This document shows positions 1 to 12,300 of a DNA stretch of 64,000 nt, piece after piece. Where the stretch lies: NCBI GenBank assembly GCA_965112155.1, contig OZ218102.1; one strand, 5' to 3'. Below the pieces are notes generated by a model. It was not told the DNA's origin. It made no database searches and saw nothing but the letters and a program-made list of their open reading frames with translations. The position numbers were made by a program, and so were the translations under genes. The stretch is from Podarcis liolepis (Eukaryota). Position 1 is the first letter of the stretch. The number at the start of each line of letters is the position of its first letter.

Positions 1-3000
1 CCTCTTTGGAGAGGACTTGGTTCCCAAGGGTTTTTCCTGATTGCCTTGGCTCCCGGAAGGGGGCAGGAAGGATTCAAAAGGAAGTATACTGGGCATCGCA
101 TTGCTTCTCAACTCCATTTGATTTTCCTTTGCATGGAGCCCACCAAACCCTTTCCCTGGCCCGACAAGAGAGGGAGGCATAATAGTCCTGTCCTGCTTTA
201 TTGATAGAGATGCCAAGAGTTGTCTTCTCTGTATTTATGGCTAGCTAGAAGGTGGTCTTGGGATGGGAGTCATTAATAACTGCTACAGGACTGTTGCGTT
301 TCATCTGCATTAGGAACTGCATTACAGCATGTCATCGGGTCAGTGTGTGGGCCCCATTTTGCTTGGCTTAAGGAATCTGGAGCAGTTTGCATCAAGTGAA
401 GGCAATAGAGAAAATAAATCACAGGGTCCCATCTGCTAAAACTGGCCAAACCAAGAATGAGAATAGCAATCCTTTGCTCCATCACCTCTCATGTCACAAT
501 CCCTTTCACCTACCAGCTGATCATGCTAAGGTGTGTAGACAGGAAATCACAAGGCATGGATGAGCAAATAGCTCCCTCTTGTGGTTCTGTAGCAGAAGTT
601 TTTTCCCTCTCGTTCCCAAGAATAAAGTACCATTTGCTTAGATTTTAATATCAGAGAAAGGAAATTGGCAGACGAGTATCAGGTCCTTCCACCCAGTTAT
701 AGACAGACACTTGCATGCATGGGAAGGCAACCAGGTTTCACATCCTATCATCACTGTTGCCGTGACTTTTCAAACTGTCACGAAATTTCATTTTCCAGGA
801 AAAATAGCTTTGGGAGCTTTCCCAAGGTCAGTCTCCAGGGAAGTAGTTTTGAGTTCAGGATCTCTCTGATTCCCTCAGTTTTGACTGTCAGCACATGGCA
901 ACAAATAACTTCTCTGGGTTTTAGCAATGCTAATGCTTCAGAAGTAGCATTGCCTACATGGGTTGGCAGAAGGTAGTTATTGGTAGCTTGCTGGATGATT
1001 GCAAGGTATAGCCTCTTCCCAATCACTTTGTTCTGAAATAACTTGGATGTAGAGCTGCCTTGAGCCAGAGAAATGGTGCAGCTAGTCCAGCATTGTCTAG
1101 GCTGACTGGCAGTGGCTCCCCAGGGGTTTTCAACAGGGGTCAATGCCAGCAGGAAGCCTAACGATGCCTTCCCCTCTAATTAAGCCTTGTGGAGAAGTGG
1201 GGTGGATTTTGACTGCATTGTTGTCTTGGTTCTCTACTCCATTAACTCAGTCCATGGGAAGAACCTTCTTTTCATAGTGATCATCTAACACAGGCTCCCT
1301 CTTTCCCCAAATGTCTTTTCAGAAGCCCTAAAGCAGAGATGGGGAACCAGTGACCCTATAGCTGTTAGTGGACCACCATGCCCATCATCCCTGACCACTG
1401 GCTGTGCTGGCTAGAGGAGATGAGAGTTGTCCTCCAATAACAGAATGGAGGACCATCAGTTTGCCCTTCCGTTTTACAATGTCTATGAGGACTAGTGTGA
1501 TGCCCACTTTCTATACCATTGTGGAATGCTGGGTCAGTAATGGGAAGAATATAGAATCATGGGAAAGAGCAAGATGAAAATAAGTGGGTTGCTGATCGTT
1601 GGAAGGGAACGGGCACAGGAGTCCCCAGGTCAAGCCCAGCTCCAGAAGCGCACACTTTTAAAGTCATTATACTTATGGTCACAGACTCTCCGTCTCTTAA
1701 ATCCGATCTCCATTCCATTCTGCATAAAAAATAAAATTAGCCAAGAGTCTGTTAAGAAGGCACCAATAACCACCAGTATTTAATGTGGGATTTTCACATT
1801 AACAGAGGGCAATACACCACAAGAAACAACATATTATTTTACTTACATTACTACATTGCATAAATAAGTAAAGGTTGTCCACATAAGGATAAGTTAAGAG
1901 AACAGTAAAACATGAAAAACAATGGGGGCAGTCAGAGAACCTGCACAAGCAACACTGACACAACAATGGGGGCAGTCCTGCTTTCACTTACAATACCGCT
2001 AAGATTTGAATGACCCAAGCTTAAGATCTAGAGTAGTCGAAACTGGTTTTGCCCACTATGATTGCTTCCCCTGACATTTTCTGGGGCATTTTTCAGTCTT
2101 GCCTATGACCTCCCAAGTGTTAGCAGCTTTCTACTTCTTTGGCTGAAGCTACATACCAGCTTGGGGGTTGGGGAGATGAGGAACATAGAAGCAGCTAACC
2201 TGTTAGTCTCCAGGTGTGGTTGGACCCCAAACTCTTTATCAGCTCCAGACCATATGGCTACTTGTTGTGGGTGACAAGAGGTCGAGTTGAACACCTGGAA
2301 GGCCACAGGTTCCCCATACCTGCTTTAACAGGGGTGTATACATCTCTACACATCAGAAGACCATTTGACAGGGTCCCTGACACAGATTTCCGACATTCTT
2401 TTTAGAATAATAAAAGGAAGCTCAATCCTCGCATATTTAGGAAATTCAAATATACAGTGCCTTTGCAAAAGCCTTTGAGCCAAATCTCTCTGAGACTAAG
2501 ACAGAAGCCAGTTATCAGGAATAGTAAGTGGCCCTCCAGATGTCGTTCACCTCAGCCACATTAGCTGGGGCTGGCGACAGTGTACAGGTAATAGGTGGGA
2601 GTTTTAATAGGTGTTTTGTCCAACACAACTTGGAGGTCCACAGGTTCACCACCCCTGACCCAGACAAGACACTTGTTCCTTTAGGTACAGGGGAAAGCTT
2701 AGCAAATACAGAGCTGTAAATAGCAGTATTGCTATAGCATTGCACCACCCTCCCACCTGCCCTCTTCTCGTTGATGGAAGGAAACAGGAACATTTCTTTT
2801 ATTCATCTTGACAGCCTCTCCTCCTTTCCAGGGAGCAAGTCAGTTAGCCTTCTGTATCTGCAAGTTCCTCTCTTTCAGTGCATTTTCAGCAGATTGTTAG
2901 TCATTAAACTGTCAGCCCCCTGTCCTGCCTGAGCAACGTACATCAGAGCCTGGGCCACAGACAATGGGAATGTGACAGGTAGGGGGCAGTGAAACAGACT

Positions 3001-4011
3001 CCATCAGGCAGAGCCTCAGCCAAAACGCTGTCTTGGCAATCAGCGCTGATGGAAGAATAATCATAGCAGGCGGAAGGCAAGTGTCTGTGGCAACAGAACT
3101 GGCAGCCTTTTGAGGGGAGAAAGATGTAATCACATTGCAGGTGATTCACCAGACATGCTAGAATTCAGCCAAGGAGCCCTTGGGCTCTATTTTTTTAAAG
3201 GGGCAGTTTTCAGAAATTATTTCCTGCTACCGCTGCTCTTAAATGAGGGATATTGCTGGACTACAACTCCCAATCATCCCCAAGAATAGGGCATGGTGGC
3301 TGAGCTAACTGGAGACTCCAACAACATCTGGAGTGCCACAGGCTCCCCGCATCCCTGGTTTAAGATGTCTAAGTTCAGATACATCCGACACTGGGATTTG
3401 TGACAGATGAGCCACCGGCCTGAGGGAGATCCCTGCAATCTGGGAGAGGCAGCTAAGAGCACAGCTACTTCTCAAATCCCATCAGTAACCACAACAGAGA
3501 GACTTCCATACAAAGAGAGGCCGAGATGAGCCTAGCTGCCAAGGGGATCTGAAAGCTTGACTCTACTGTGGATGCTAATGGGAATTGCAGGGGTAAAAGA
3601 AACAGTGTGCGTACACACTAAAAGCCAAAATCAAAAAACAAACAAACAAACACCAGCCACAAAACAGGACAGTGTAAGCCAAGTCCCAAAGAACTGTTAG
3701 AAAGATGGACAGCTGAGAGAACAAGGCATACAAAGCAACCTCTCCAAAGAGAAGCTATACTGCAGATACTGTCCAGTCCATTCTCAGGCTAGACAAGTGG
3801 TTGAATAGTGGTTTCCTCATGTTCAGTGGAAGAGTCTGTTATTCTGGCAGACACACAGTTGTAGGCCAGGCTCCAATAAGTGAGGTTAGAGGGATAAGCG
3901 AGTCCTGACTCACAGCTTGGGAGTAGCAGGCATTATCCACAGAGCTGCAAGTCTTTGCTGTTTGTAGATATATATTGATATAGAGAGAGAGACCGACCAT
4001 TGAGTGGATCT

Positions 4012-4768
4012 TCAAATGGAAGACTCCTTTGTCGAGGAACCATGGAATCGAGTATATTTACGGGAGTCCTGTACCAGAAGGAGAATAATTAGTACATTTG
4101 TACTGAGCTGTGCTTGCAAGCATTAGGAAAGGATAGGAAGCCACGGACACATTTCACCACATTACACCTCTACTTCCTGTTGAGAAGACCAGATTTAAGG
4201 CTAAGGACCATTTTAACCCACTCTTCTAGCTTGGTTGCTTCTCTGCACATCTTCCTTTCATTCACGGATGCTGCCAACAAAAATAGCCTACTCAAGGCAG
4301 TTTGAGGACTAACATGAACACTTTAAATCTATTCACTAGTTTTATCTGTCAGATAAAAATTAACCACCCTGACAGCAGCTTCTTGGTCAATTCTTGGCAA
4401 TGAGTTTAGGCATCAAGCTATAGACACACATCACACACTTCAAAAGAATCTTTGCAGCCTCTGTGGTACAATAGGTCAATGTGTCTGGATGTTAACCAGA
4501 GGTTGATGGTTCAGGCCCACCCAGGGGTGGCTGCAGGCAGGATGCCTGCATTGCATGGAGCTGGACCAGATGACCCTTGGGATTCCTTCCCACTCTACAA
4601 TTCTATGATTCTATTATTCCAAAAGGCAGTTCTGTAAGTCCATAGGCTTCATACCAAAAAGGAGAACATGAGATTGCAAGCTGCTGCTGCTTATACATGG
4701 TAATGTATACATACAGAATTGAACTCCCCTTTCCTGTCCTCAGGGGACCTAAGACTTGCCATTGATGG
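4012..4768 (-). CDS. ARHGAP19: Tentative ARHGAP19 terminal coding exons 11-12
   Basis: Phase-0 candidates: 4715-4768 (ttgcttcctctccag|PSMASLRSPEDRKGEFNS|gtatgt) and 4012-4068 (cttctggtacag|DSRKYTRFHGSSTKESSI*). These give about 497 aa in total, close to the mammalian length, but similarity to the mammalian C-terminus is weak. Confidence 0.45.
4453..4614 (+). mobile_element. Diverged tRNA-derived SINE with CR1-like tail
   Basis: Head tgtggtacaatagg..ggttcaggccc; tail gatgacccttgggattccttcccactctacaattctatgattctat. Confidence 0.6.
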
Positions 4769-6399
4769 CTGGAGAGGAAGCAAGTTTCTGTAACTAGGGA
4801 AGATGAGAAAACTCTAACCTCTGAACCTTGCTGTCACTCTCTAAGATAGGATGGTTCAGTTGCCAGCAACTGGCCTGCCTAAATTCAAGTCAACTTCTAA
4901 CATGATCTTACTCATGCTGCATAGATTTACTAGCCTGCTGTGTCACACACTTGTCTGCCAAACGTCTGGAAATTAAGCTGCTCCAGAAAAAAATATGGAG
5001 CCTTAATTCAGAAGGAAGGAGCATCCAAATGCAAAAATGGCCATCAGCCAATAGGAGCAGAGGCATCAAGTTCAATTCCCCAGATTTGGAAAGGAAAGAA
5101 ACAGCCTTTTGTTACACTGGGAAAGAAAGAGTTCAACTACCTAAGAGCAGCAGGGCAGATGGGCTTAGGGCTTACTCCTACACTGGATCAGGGGTTACAA
5201 GATTCAGTGGAAACCCTGCGGCACTGGAAGAATGCCACATGTGTCACTGCCACAACAGATATGCTGGCAGAACGCTCAGCCAGTGACATACGTATCTGGA
5301 AAGCATCACAGCTATGGGCAACAGAGACAAGCAGCACTTATGCTGGATCCCGTACCCCTTCAATACACATCCATGTCACCATCAACAGTACATCTTTATA
5401 CCAAACATGGCACAGAAAATTTCCCTTCCAGTTGCTCCTCTGTAGGGTTGGCCACTCAGCACAAAGCCTCTGCTGGGATGATTGGTCAGTAACCATGTAC
5501 ATGCCTCTTTATCTTTTCAGATCCACTCTATCAGGTGCCATTCAATAACAAAACATCAATGTTCCATAAGTGTTGAATCAGGTTCAAGTGGCTTTAGGAT
5601 GCAACTCTTGGAAGGAGGGTGGGTAGGGAGGTTGGATGTGACTTGGGCTCCCCCACTTCCTGTTTCCTCTGGCTCCACAGATGGGTCACTGAGAATGCAC
5701 CAGGGGGCTGGGTGTTGCTGCCAGGGGATATGAGGCAGTCAGTGAGGGATGGGATGCTACCCAGAAGGCAGAGGCCATCAGGCACAGGGTGGTTGGGGAT
5801 TGGTTCTATGGGCTGCCAGGGATCTGAGGCTGGTGTGCAACTATGTGGGGTGGGGTATTTGAGGTGCTGGATCCCTTCCTACAAGGCTTCCTGGGGCCTC
5901 TTGGGAGCCGTGCTACTGAGGCTCACATGTTGGGATGCTGTGTATTGAGGAAGCATAGTGGTAGCTAGCATGGCTCCACTCACAAGCCAGCCAGTGTGGT
6001 TTGGCTCCTTTGTTTCTGGGCAGTGTGGGAGGTATCATTTCTACCACATTCTGAAACTGGTGGACAATAGCAGTGTTTCCAAGGAAGTTGGCTGGTGTGT
6101 CTTCCCTCCATTCCCCACTCATGTCCAGGGCTGAGCAGGTACTGCATTTAGTAGCCATTCCACTCGCATAGCAGTGGCATATTCCAGGCCCCAGCACCAA
6201 CACAGCTGCTCCATTAGTCATGTGAGTGATGCATCTAGAGCTTTAGGCTTATTCCCAGACTTCCTGTTGTGCTCAGGATAATTTAGGGCGCCACATCAGT
6301 GCAGACAGATATGAACTGCAGGCAATAGCTAGCAACAACCCCCTTCATGAACCAACCCCATTATGAGTGCACAGTGATTGTTCTTCCAGCTGGCCTTAC

Positions 6400-9300
6400 C
6401 ATGCTAACATTCTCCTTGCTGCCGTGCTTCTGCTCTTTCATGCCCGCTGATTCCAAAACTGCATCCTTCCCTTTTTTATCCAAAGACCCTTGACTCCCCA
6501 GCACCTTACGCTGTATGAAGAAAAGGAAAACACTGGGATTGTGACTGGGGAATGGAAAGAAAAAGGCAACAGAACAGAATAGGGCTTATTTATAGAAGCC
6601 TGAATATGTACACCCCATACCATCAGAAAGCTTATGCATCTGGACAGCAGACAATATGCCCGATATGTACACCAGCGAGAAGTAACTTGAGCAGCACCAC
6701 TGCAGCCGAAGTTATTGTTAATGGTAGAAAGAGCCATACCTTGATTAAGCCACTGAAGGAACGAGTGCGAGCCCGCTTCTGGGTCCGGGGTGTGGGTACA
6801 CCTGCCTGAGGAGTGAGAGCTTCAGGGTGCTTCTGAAACTAGAACACACACTTTATAGCATGATTAACTCTGCAGCATTGCCCATCTATCCCAAAGATTG
6901 ATCCTGGTCCCATTCCAAGCACCAAGCCCCATTTATGCCTCTTTGCTCCAGTCAGTTACCCAAGTCTCCCTTCTACCTGTTGAATGAGCTTCTTTTTCTT
7001 GGCAGAGTCTGGCATATTATGAACATGGTGGAAGAGCTCTTTCAGTGCTTCTTCTGTATGTTGCTGTGTGTCTTCTTGGTGGGCAGAGGGATCCACCAGT
7101 CCTCGCTTCTTGAATTTCAGAAGCTGGAAGTCTTTGAAATTCCGGGGCACAGGCAAGTCCAAGTCATCCTGCAAAAATTCAAAAGAACACTCTGCACTTC
7201 AGGCTGCTTTGTCCAATAGCAACCCACTCCCAATGATAGCTATCTTGCCTTTCATCACACTAATAAAGGTAGTCCGAGCTTCATATCCAGTAGCAAAGTC
7301 AGACCTGGGTGAACAGCTGAGGGCCCGATCTTTTCCTCTCTCCCCAAAATATGCATGTGCGATACTAAATGTTGTCCTGTTTTTGGCAGTTAAATGAGAA
7401 TTTGTTCCGTTCTCTAGAATTTTAGCTTAACTAGAACACATTTTATTAGAGGGGATATGTAGCAGTCCAAGTGGCAAAACTGAGGTCTAATTACATCTTT
7501 TCTGCCTTCCTAAGGAATAGATTTCCCCCGAAGAATCCCTTATTGGAAATTCTCTCTCTGTTTTAGTCATCAGTTTGCTAACCTGCTGGTGCCCATGTTG
7601 GGTGCTCCCTTTCATAACCAATGTCATGGACTGCTCTTACCTTTGAGGCATGTGTTCTGGAGTCCAAGTAATGCAGCCTTGCACATTCCCGGATATATGA
7701 GGGAGCCTTGGAAGGAGAGTGAAACAGAAGGAGTCAGACACAATTAAGCTGAAGTCTCCCTAACTCTGAGGTTCCATCCTATAGCAGTTGCTCCAGGCAC
7801 TCACCCCACCAGACCAGCAACTTCAACTTTGAATGTAATCTATGCAAAATCTTCTGAAGCGTGCTTCCTTTATAGGTAGGAGGGTCACCCAGGGCAAACA
7901 TTCATTCCTTTATCATCTCAGATATGTTGTATGCTACCAGATGCTTTAGGAGTCTCACTTTTTGACAATTAAATGTGAACCTGCCTAGTTTTCTAGATAT
8001 TTTAGCCATTAATAGGGATATTTATTAAGCTAAATGGCAAAGAGGGACAGATGAGGACCCAAAGAGCAGCCTCAGAGGCCATGATAGTAACTGATCAGGA
8101 AAGGGGCACTGTCTGGTTAAGCCAGAGTTTGGCACGGTAACTACAAGGACACTCACATGTGCAGGATATCTTGCCATTTAGAATAGGAGGCCTTGTTTTC
8201 ACATATCAGTGCCACTTGTGATCTACCCAGCAAAGGGAGCAGGCACAGTACACAGCACCTCCAAGGAAGTAATAGATAAAAAGATGTCAGGCTTGACAGT
8301 GTCAGGACTGTGCACATAACATATTTTCCCCCAGGAGGGGACAGCCTGAGACATTTGCTAAGTAGATACTGAAAGAGAGATAGAGATTGTCCCTTCCTTT
8401 TGAAGCACCTACCTTGAAGAGCTTCTGTGAGTGCTTGATCATAAAAGCCATCCCGTTATTTAGCTTGGGAATGTTTTCCTGTAGGTCACTAGCAGTCACC
8501 TGGCAATAGTGGGAAACACCAAAGCAGAATCGTTAGGAGACTGTAGGTAAGATACACTCCCTGGTAGAGGTAGGTTTATTTTCAGAATAACTCCTTCCCA
8601 GCCTGGTTTTTTGTACTGCTGCCTAAAAATCTAACACCACTTACATTTCGAGGCCACAAAATGTGAGGTGAAAACATAAGAGCTAAGTTATGAGCTGACA
8701 TCTTGTTTCTGTCCTGCTTTTTGGCTGTCTGATAAAGCAGATCCAACAGCAATTTGAGCAGGTTGCGATTGGGGGCTGGCAGGATCAAGAAGAGGAGCTG
8801 CAGTGCTTCAATCTGACGCTGCTTATCGGGTATGTTGGTCTTGTTGCCCTTGTCATCAAACTGCATCAGATCTATTAACAGGAAAACATCTCAAGAAACT
8901 TCAGTTGCACACACATTTCAGGAAACTATACACTATTTTATCAACTGCCCATTCCCAACTTGCCATCACACTCCTTTGCACTCTTTTCCTCAGCATAAAT
9001 CAGAAATCCCAAAGGTTTCATGCTTATATATTCCTATTATGACATGGGCAGAGAAAGCAGGCCTTTCTCTGATCCTAACCCAACAGCTTTATCACTGAAC
9101 AAGGCAAACCCCAAATTATTGATGCTAACATCCTGTGGGCTGGTTCCCACTTCCCTCCAAGGCTGACTCACCTGAAATTTTGAGGTGTGCATGGAAATGT
9201 TTATGGGTCAACAAAGGCTCTGGTAATTCTCCCAAGAACATCTTCAGCAGAGTGGCCACATCATTGGAGTGAAACTCCCCTGAATCCAAGTCAATTTCTG

Positions 9301-12300
9301 TCCCACTGTTTAAGGCTTCTTTCAGGTTCTGCTGCCTGGTACTGTTTCCTGGCACTCGGAACAAGCCTTCCACCCGCAAATCTGCACCATGAGAAGAAAG
9401 ACAAAAGGGGTATTAAGAATATGTTAGATAAAATGTTGTCCTCTTCTAATATATTGACAAAGCTTCTTAACCTTTTATACTTTCCTTTTCTTCCTGCCAC
9501 ATTATCTGAACATCCTACAGAGGTCTAGTACAAAAAAAAATCACTAAACATTTGATATGGGGGGGGGGGCGGCAGGAAAAGGTTAGTGTCTAGAATCACA
9601 TAGCTCCTAGGACTTCCTCAGCTCAGCAGTGAGTTAAATCTGTGCCCCCAGACCAGTCCACTATCCTTGACTAAACAAAGATAGAAAGGAAACCACAAAC
9701 CACTTACTCTTATGCAGATATTCTATCAGTTGAGATATTTGAGCAATACCTTCTTCAGTCAGTGGAGCTCCAAAAACCACCCCTTTCTCTAGAGATGAAA
9801 AGGAGGAGATAATGAGTAGCCAACATCATCAACTGCTGTGAGACCCAGAAATGTGCAAGCATTTCCATACTATAATTAAAAAGCCCCGGTTCACTGTGTG
9901 TTCACTTCGACCCTTTCTCTTGCAAATGCAACTCCTCATCTCCTCAGGTTTTGAAAAAAGCAAACAAAAAACTCTTGCTGGAAAGGAAAGTATGCTGTAA
10001 AACAGATACTTGGGTTTTCTAAACTTGGATCTGTTTCAAAATGACCCAAAGGAACAGATTCCACAGAAGGATAGGCAATATATAAAAACTAACTTCCTGG
10101 AGCAAACCCAAAGCCCATCTTGACAAGCATTCTGTTTCCAGCAGGCCTAATTGAACATTTCATAGCATGGATGGTCTTCCCTATTTGTCTCCATCATCTG
10201 GAATTCATAGGTACACAGCCTCAAGCACATGGAACTCCATTTAGATACCTGTAGGCTGATGTTTCTCTTCTCTCCTCACATGCCCCAAATTCTGTTCAAT
10301 GTGTTCCCTCACTTCTCTGGAGCAGTTCTGGGGAGAGTGTGGGGAGTACATGGCGGAGGAGGGGTGGGAGGAAGCATTAGCAGAACACTGCCATATACAT
10401 TTAGCAGCTTTAAAGGGGAATAGAAAAACATGGTAACTTCCAATATGTGATTGACATTAAAGTAAAAATGAATTTTGATACATGGCCACAAAGGGAATCA
10501 ATTTGCCAGTCCCATGACATTCTTCCTGCGCAAGGAGCTAGACAGGAAGGAACTGGAGGGGTCACCCTCCCACTGGAAGGTAAGAGCTATCTCATTTGAA
10601 TAATTCTGCCCAGTGGAGCAAGTGGGAGGGACAAGCTATCCAAGGATCCCCTCCCCACTACAGGGAAATACCCCAGAACAGGGTGGCTAACTTTATTTGG
10701 CATCGAGGGCTGGACACCCCTTCAAGGGCCACATGACATGTGCGCACATCCAGTTACACACCATGCAAAATTATTGCTCATATCTAAAATCCTTCTTCCA
10801 CCCAAATCTTTATCATTCACCTTCCAGTAATCTCCTCCAAATTCATCCCTCTTCTCTTCAGCATTATACATCACCCTGCATGTTTCCATCCCCCCAACCC
10901 AAAAGTTCTTCGTTCTTTCATTAAGCCTACTCCCTCCCACCCCAATATTCCTAGGGCATAGAACATCTGTAGAAAAACTACATCTTAGATATTTGAGCTG
11001 ATATTTGTAGTCATATTTAGGCAGGTAAAGGATTGTTCAAGCAATCTCACATTTCATCCTTTAAATGTGACGTTAATTACCTTGTTGCCAGGGCAAGATG
11101 GAAACCTTTGTAAGATATATTGCAGTGGAAATAAGGGCTGCATATTTTAATTCAGTTTGGAAGGAGTATGTCCCTAGATGATGATGAAGATGAATAGTAA
11201 TTAACAATAATAATAATGTGCCACCCATCTGATTGGGTTGCCCCAGCCACTCTGATCGTCTTCCAGCAAAATAAATTTGCCAGAAAAGAAACAAGTAGAA
11301 ATGCAGGTTGAGAGTCCAAGGCTGGTTGTCTACCAGATCAATAGAAGCTCTTTCTCCCAACTTAAGTGACTGTTTCCTTGTTCAGCATCTCTAAGCAACA
11401 CCATGGGAACATTGCTCTTAGCAGCTACATAGGTCCAGTTAAGACTTTGAAGAGGAGATACAAATAAGGGTATCTTCAAAGGGAACCGAGACTAAGAGCC
11501 AGCTGAAGCCGGAGAGTTTAGCTATAGGAATCCTCTTGCCTGCTAGTAGCACAGAATGACCAGCTGACCAAAGAATTAAACATAAATGTTTTACAAGTAT
11601 GGGTGGGAGCACAACATTCATCCAAACCTGGCACACCCAAAAGTGTAGGCAGCACAATGGGAGGAAAAGGGTACACCAGTTGGCAGCTGAACTAGTGATT
11701 GCTTTTCTAGGTAAGATATAAGGCATAGACTACACTGCTCAGACTATTTGCTCATCTAGATCAGAGAAGACTATTTGTCTGGCTGGCAGCAGCTGTCTAG
11801 GATCTCAGGCAAACATTTTTCACATTAGTTTTAACTGTAGATGCCAGGGATTATATGTGGAACCTTCCAAATGCAAAGCGCATGCTCTGTCACCAAGCTA
11901 AGGTCTCTCCCCAGCTCTCCTATTCCAGATGAGACAAGAGGCACAGTCCGTTACTATTGCAGCTGTAAAAGTGGATCTCATGTTGTGGGCAGGCATCTTT
12001 GCACAGCACACCCTCCTCACTCTCTGCTGCTTTCCACCTCCTCTTCCCACCCTCCATAGGAGCACACACCCATGCAGTTTTTCCCTTTCTGTTTCGGGAC
12101 TTTTTTTTTAACCTGCTTAAAAAAAAATAAAGATGCATATACTACCTTCCAGCATGGGTGGCACCATTATGGCTGCCGAAACAAGAGCTTTGTCCTCCAT
12201 AAGAATGGAATTGAAAAGGATGATAAAGAAAACCATGGGTGGAGAACCTGTGGCCTTCCAAATATTGATGACTACAATTCCCATCATCCCTGATCATCAC

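Noticed and set aside
4940-5548. 202-aa + strand ORF inside an ARHGAP19 intron
   Set aside because: Non-ATG start, no recognisable domain, antisense intronic position; consistent with chance.
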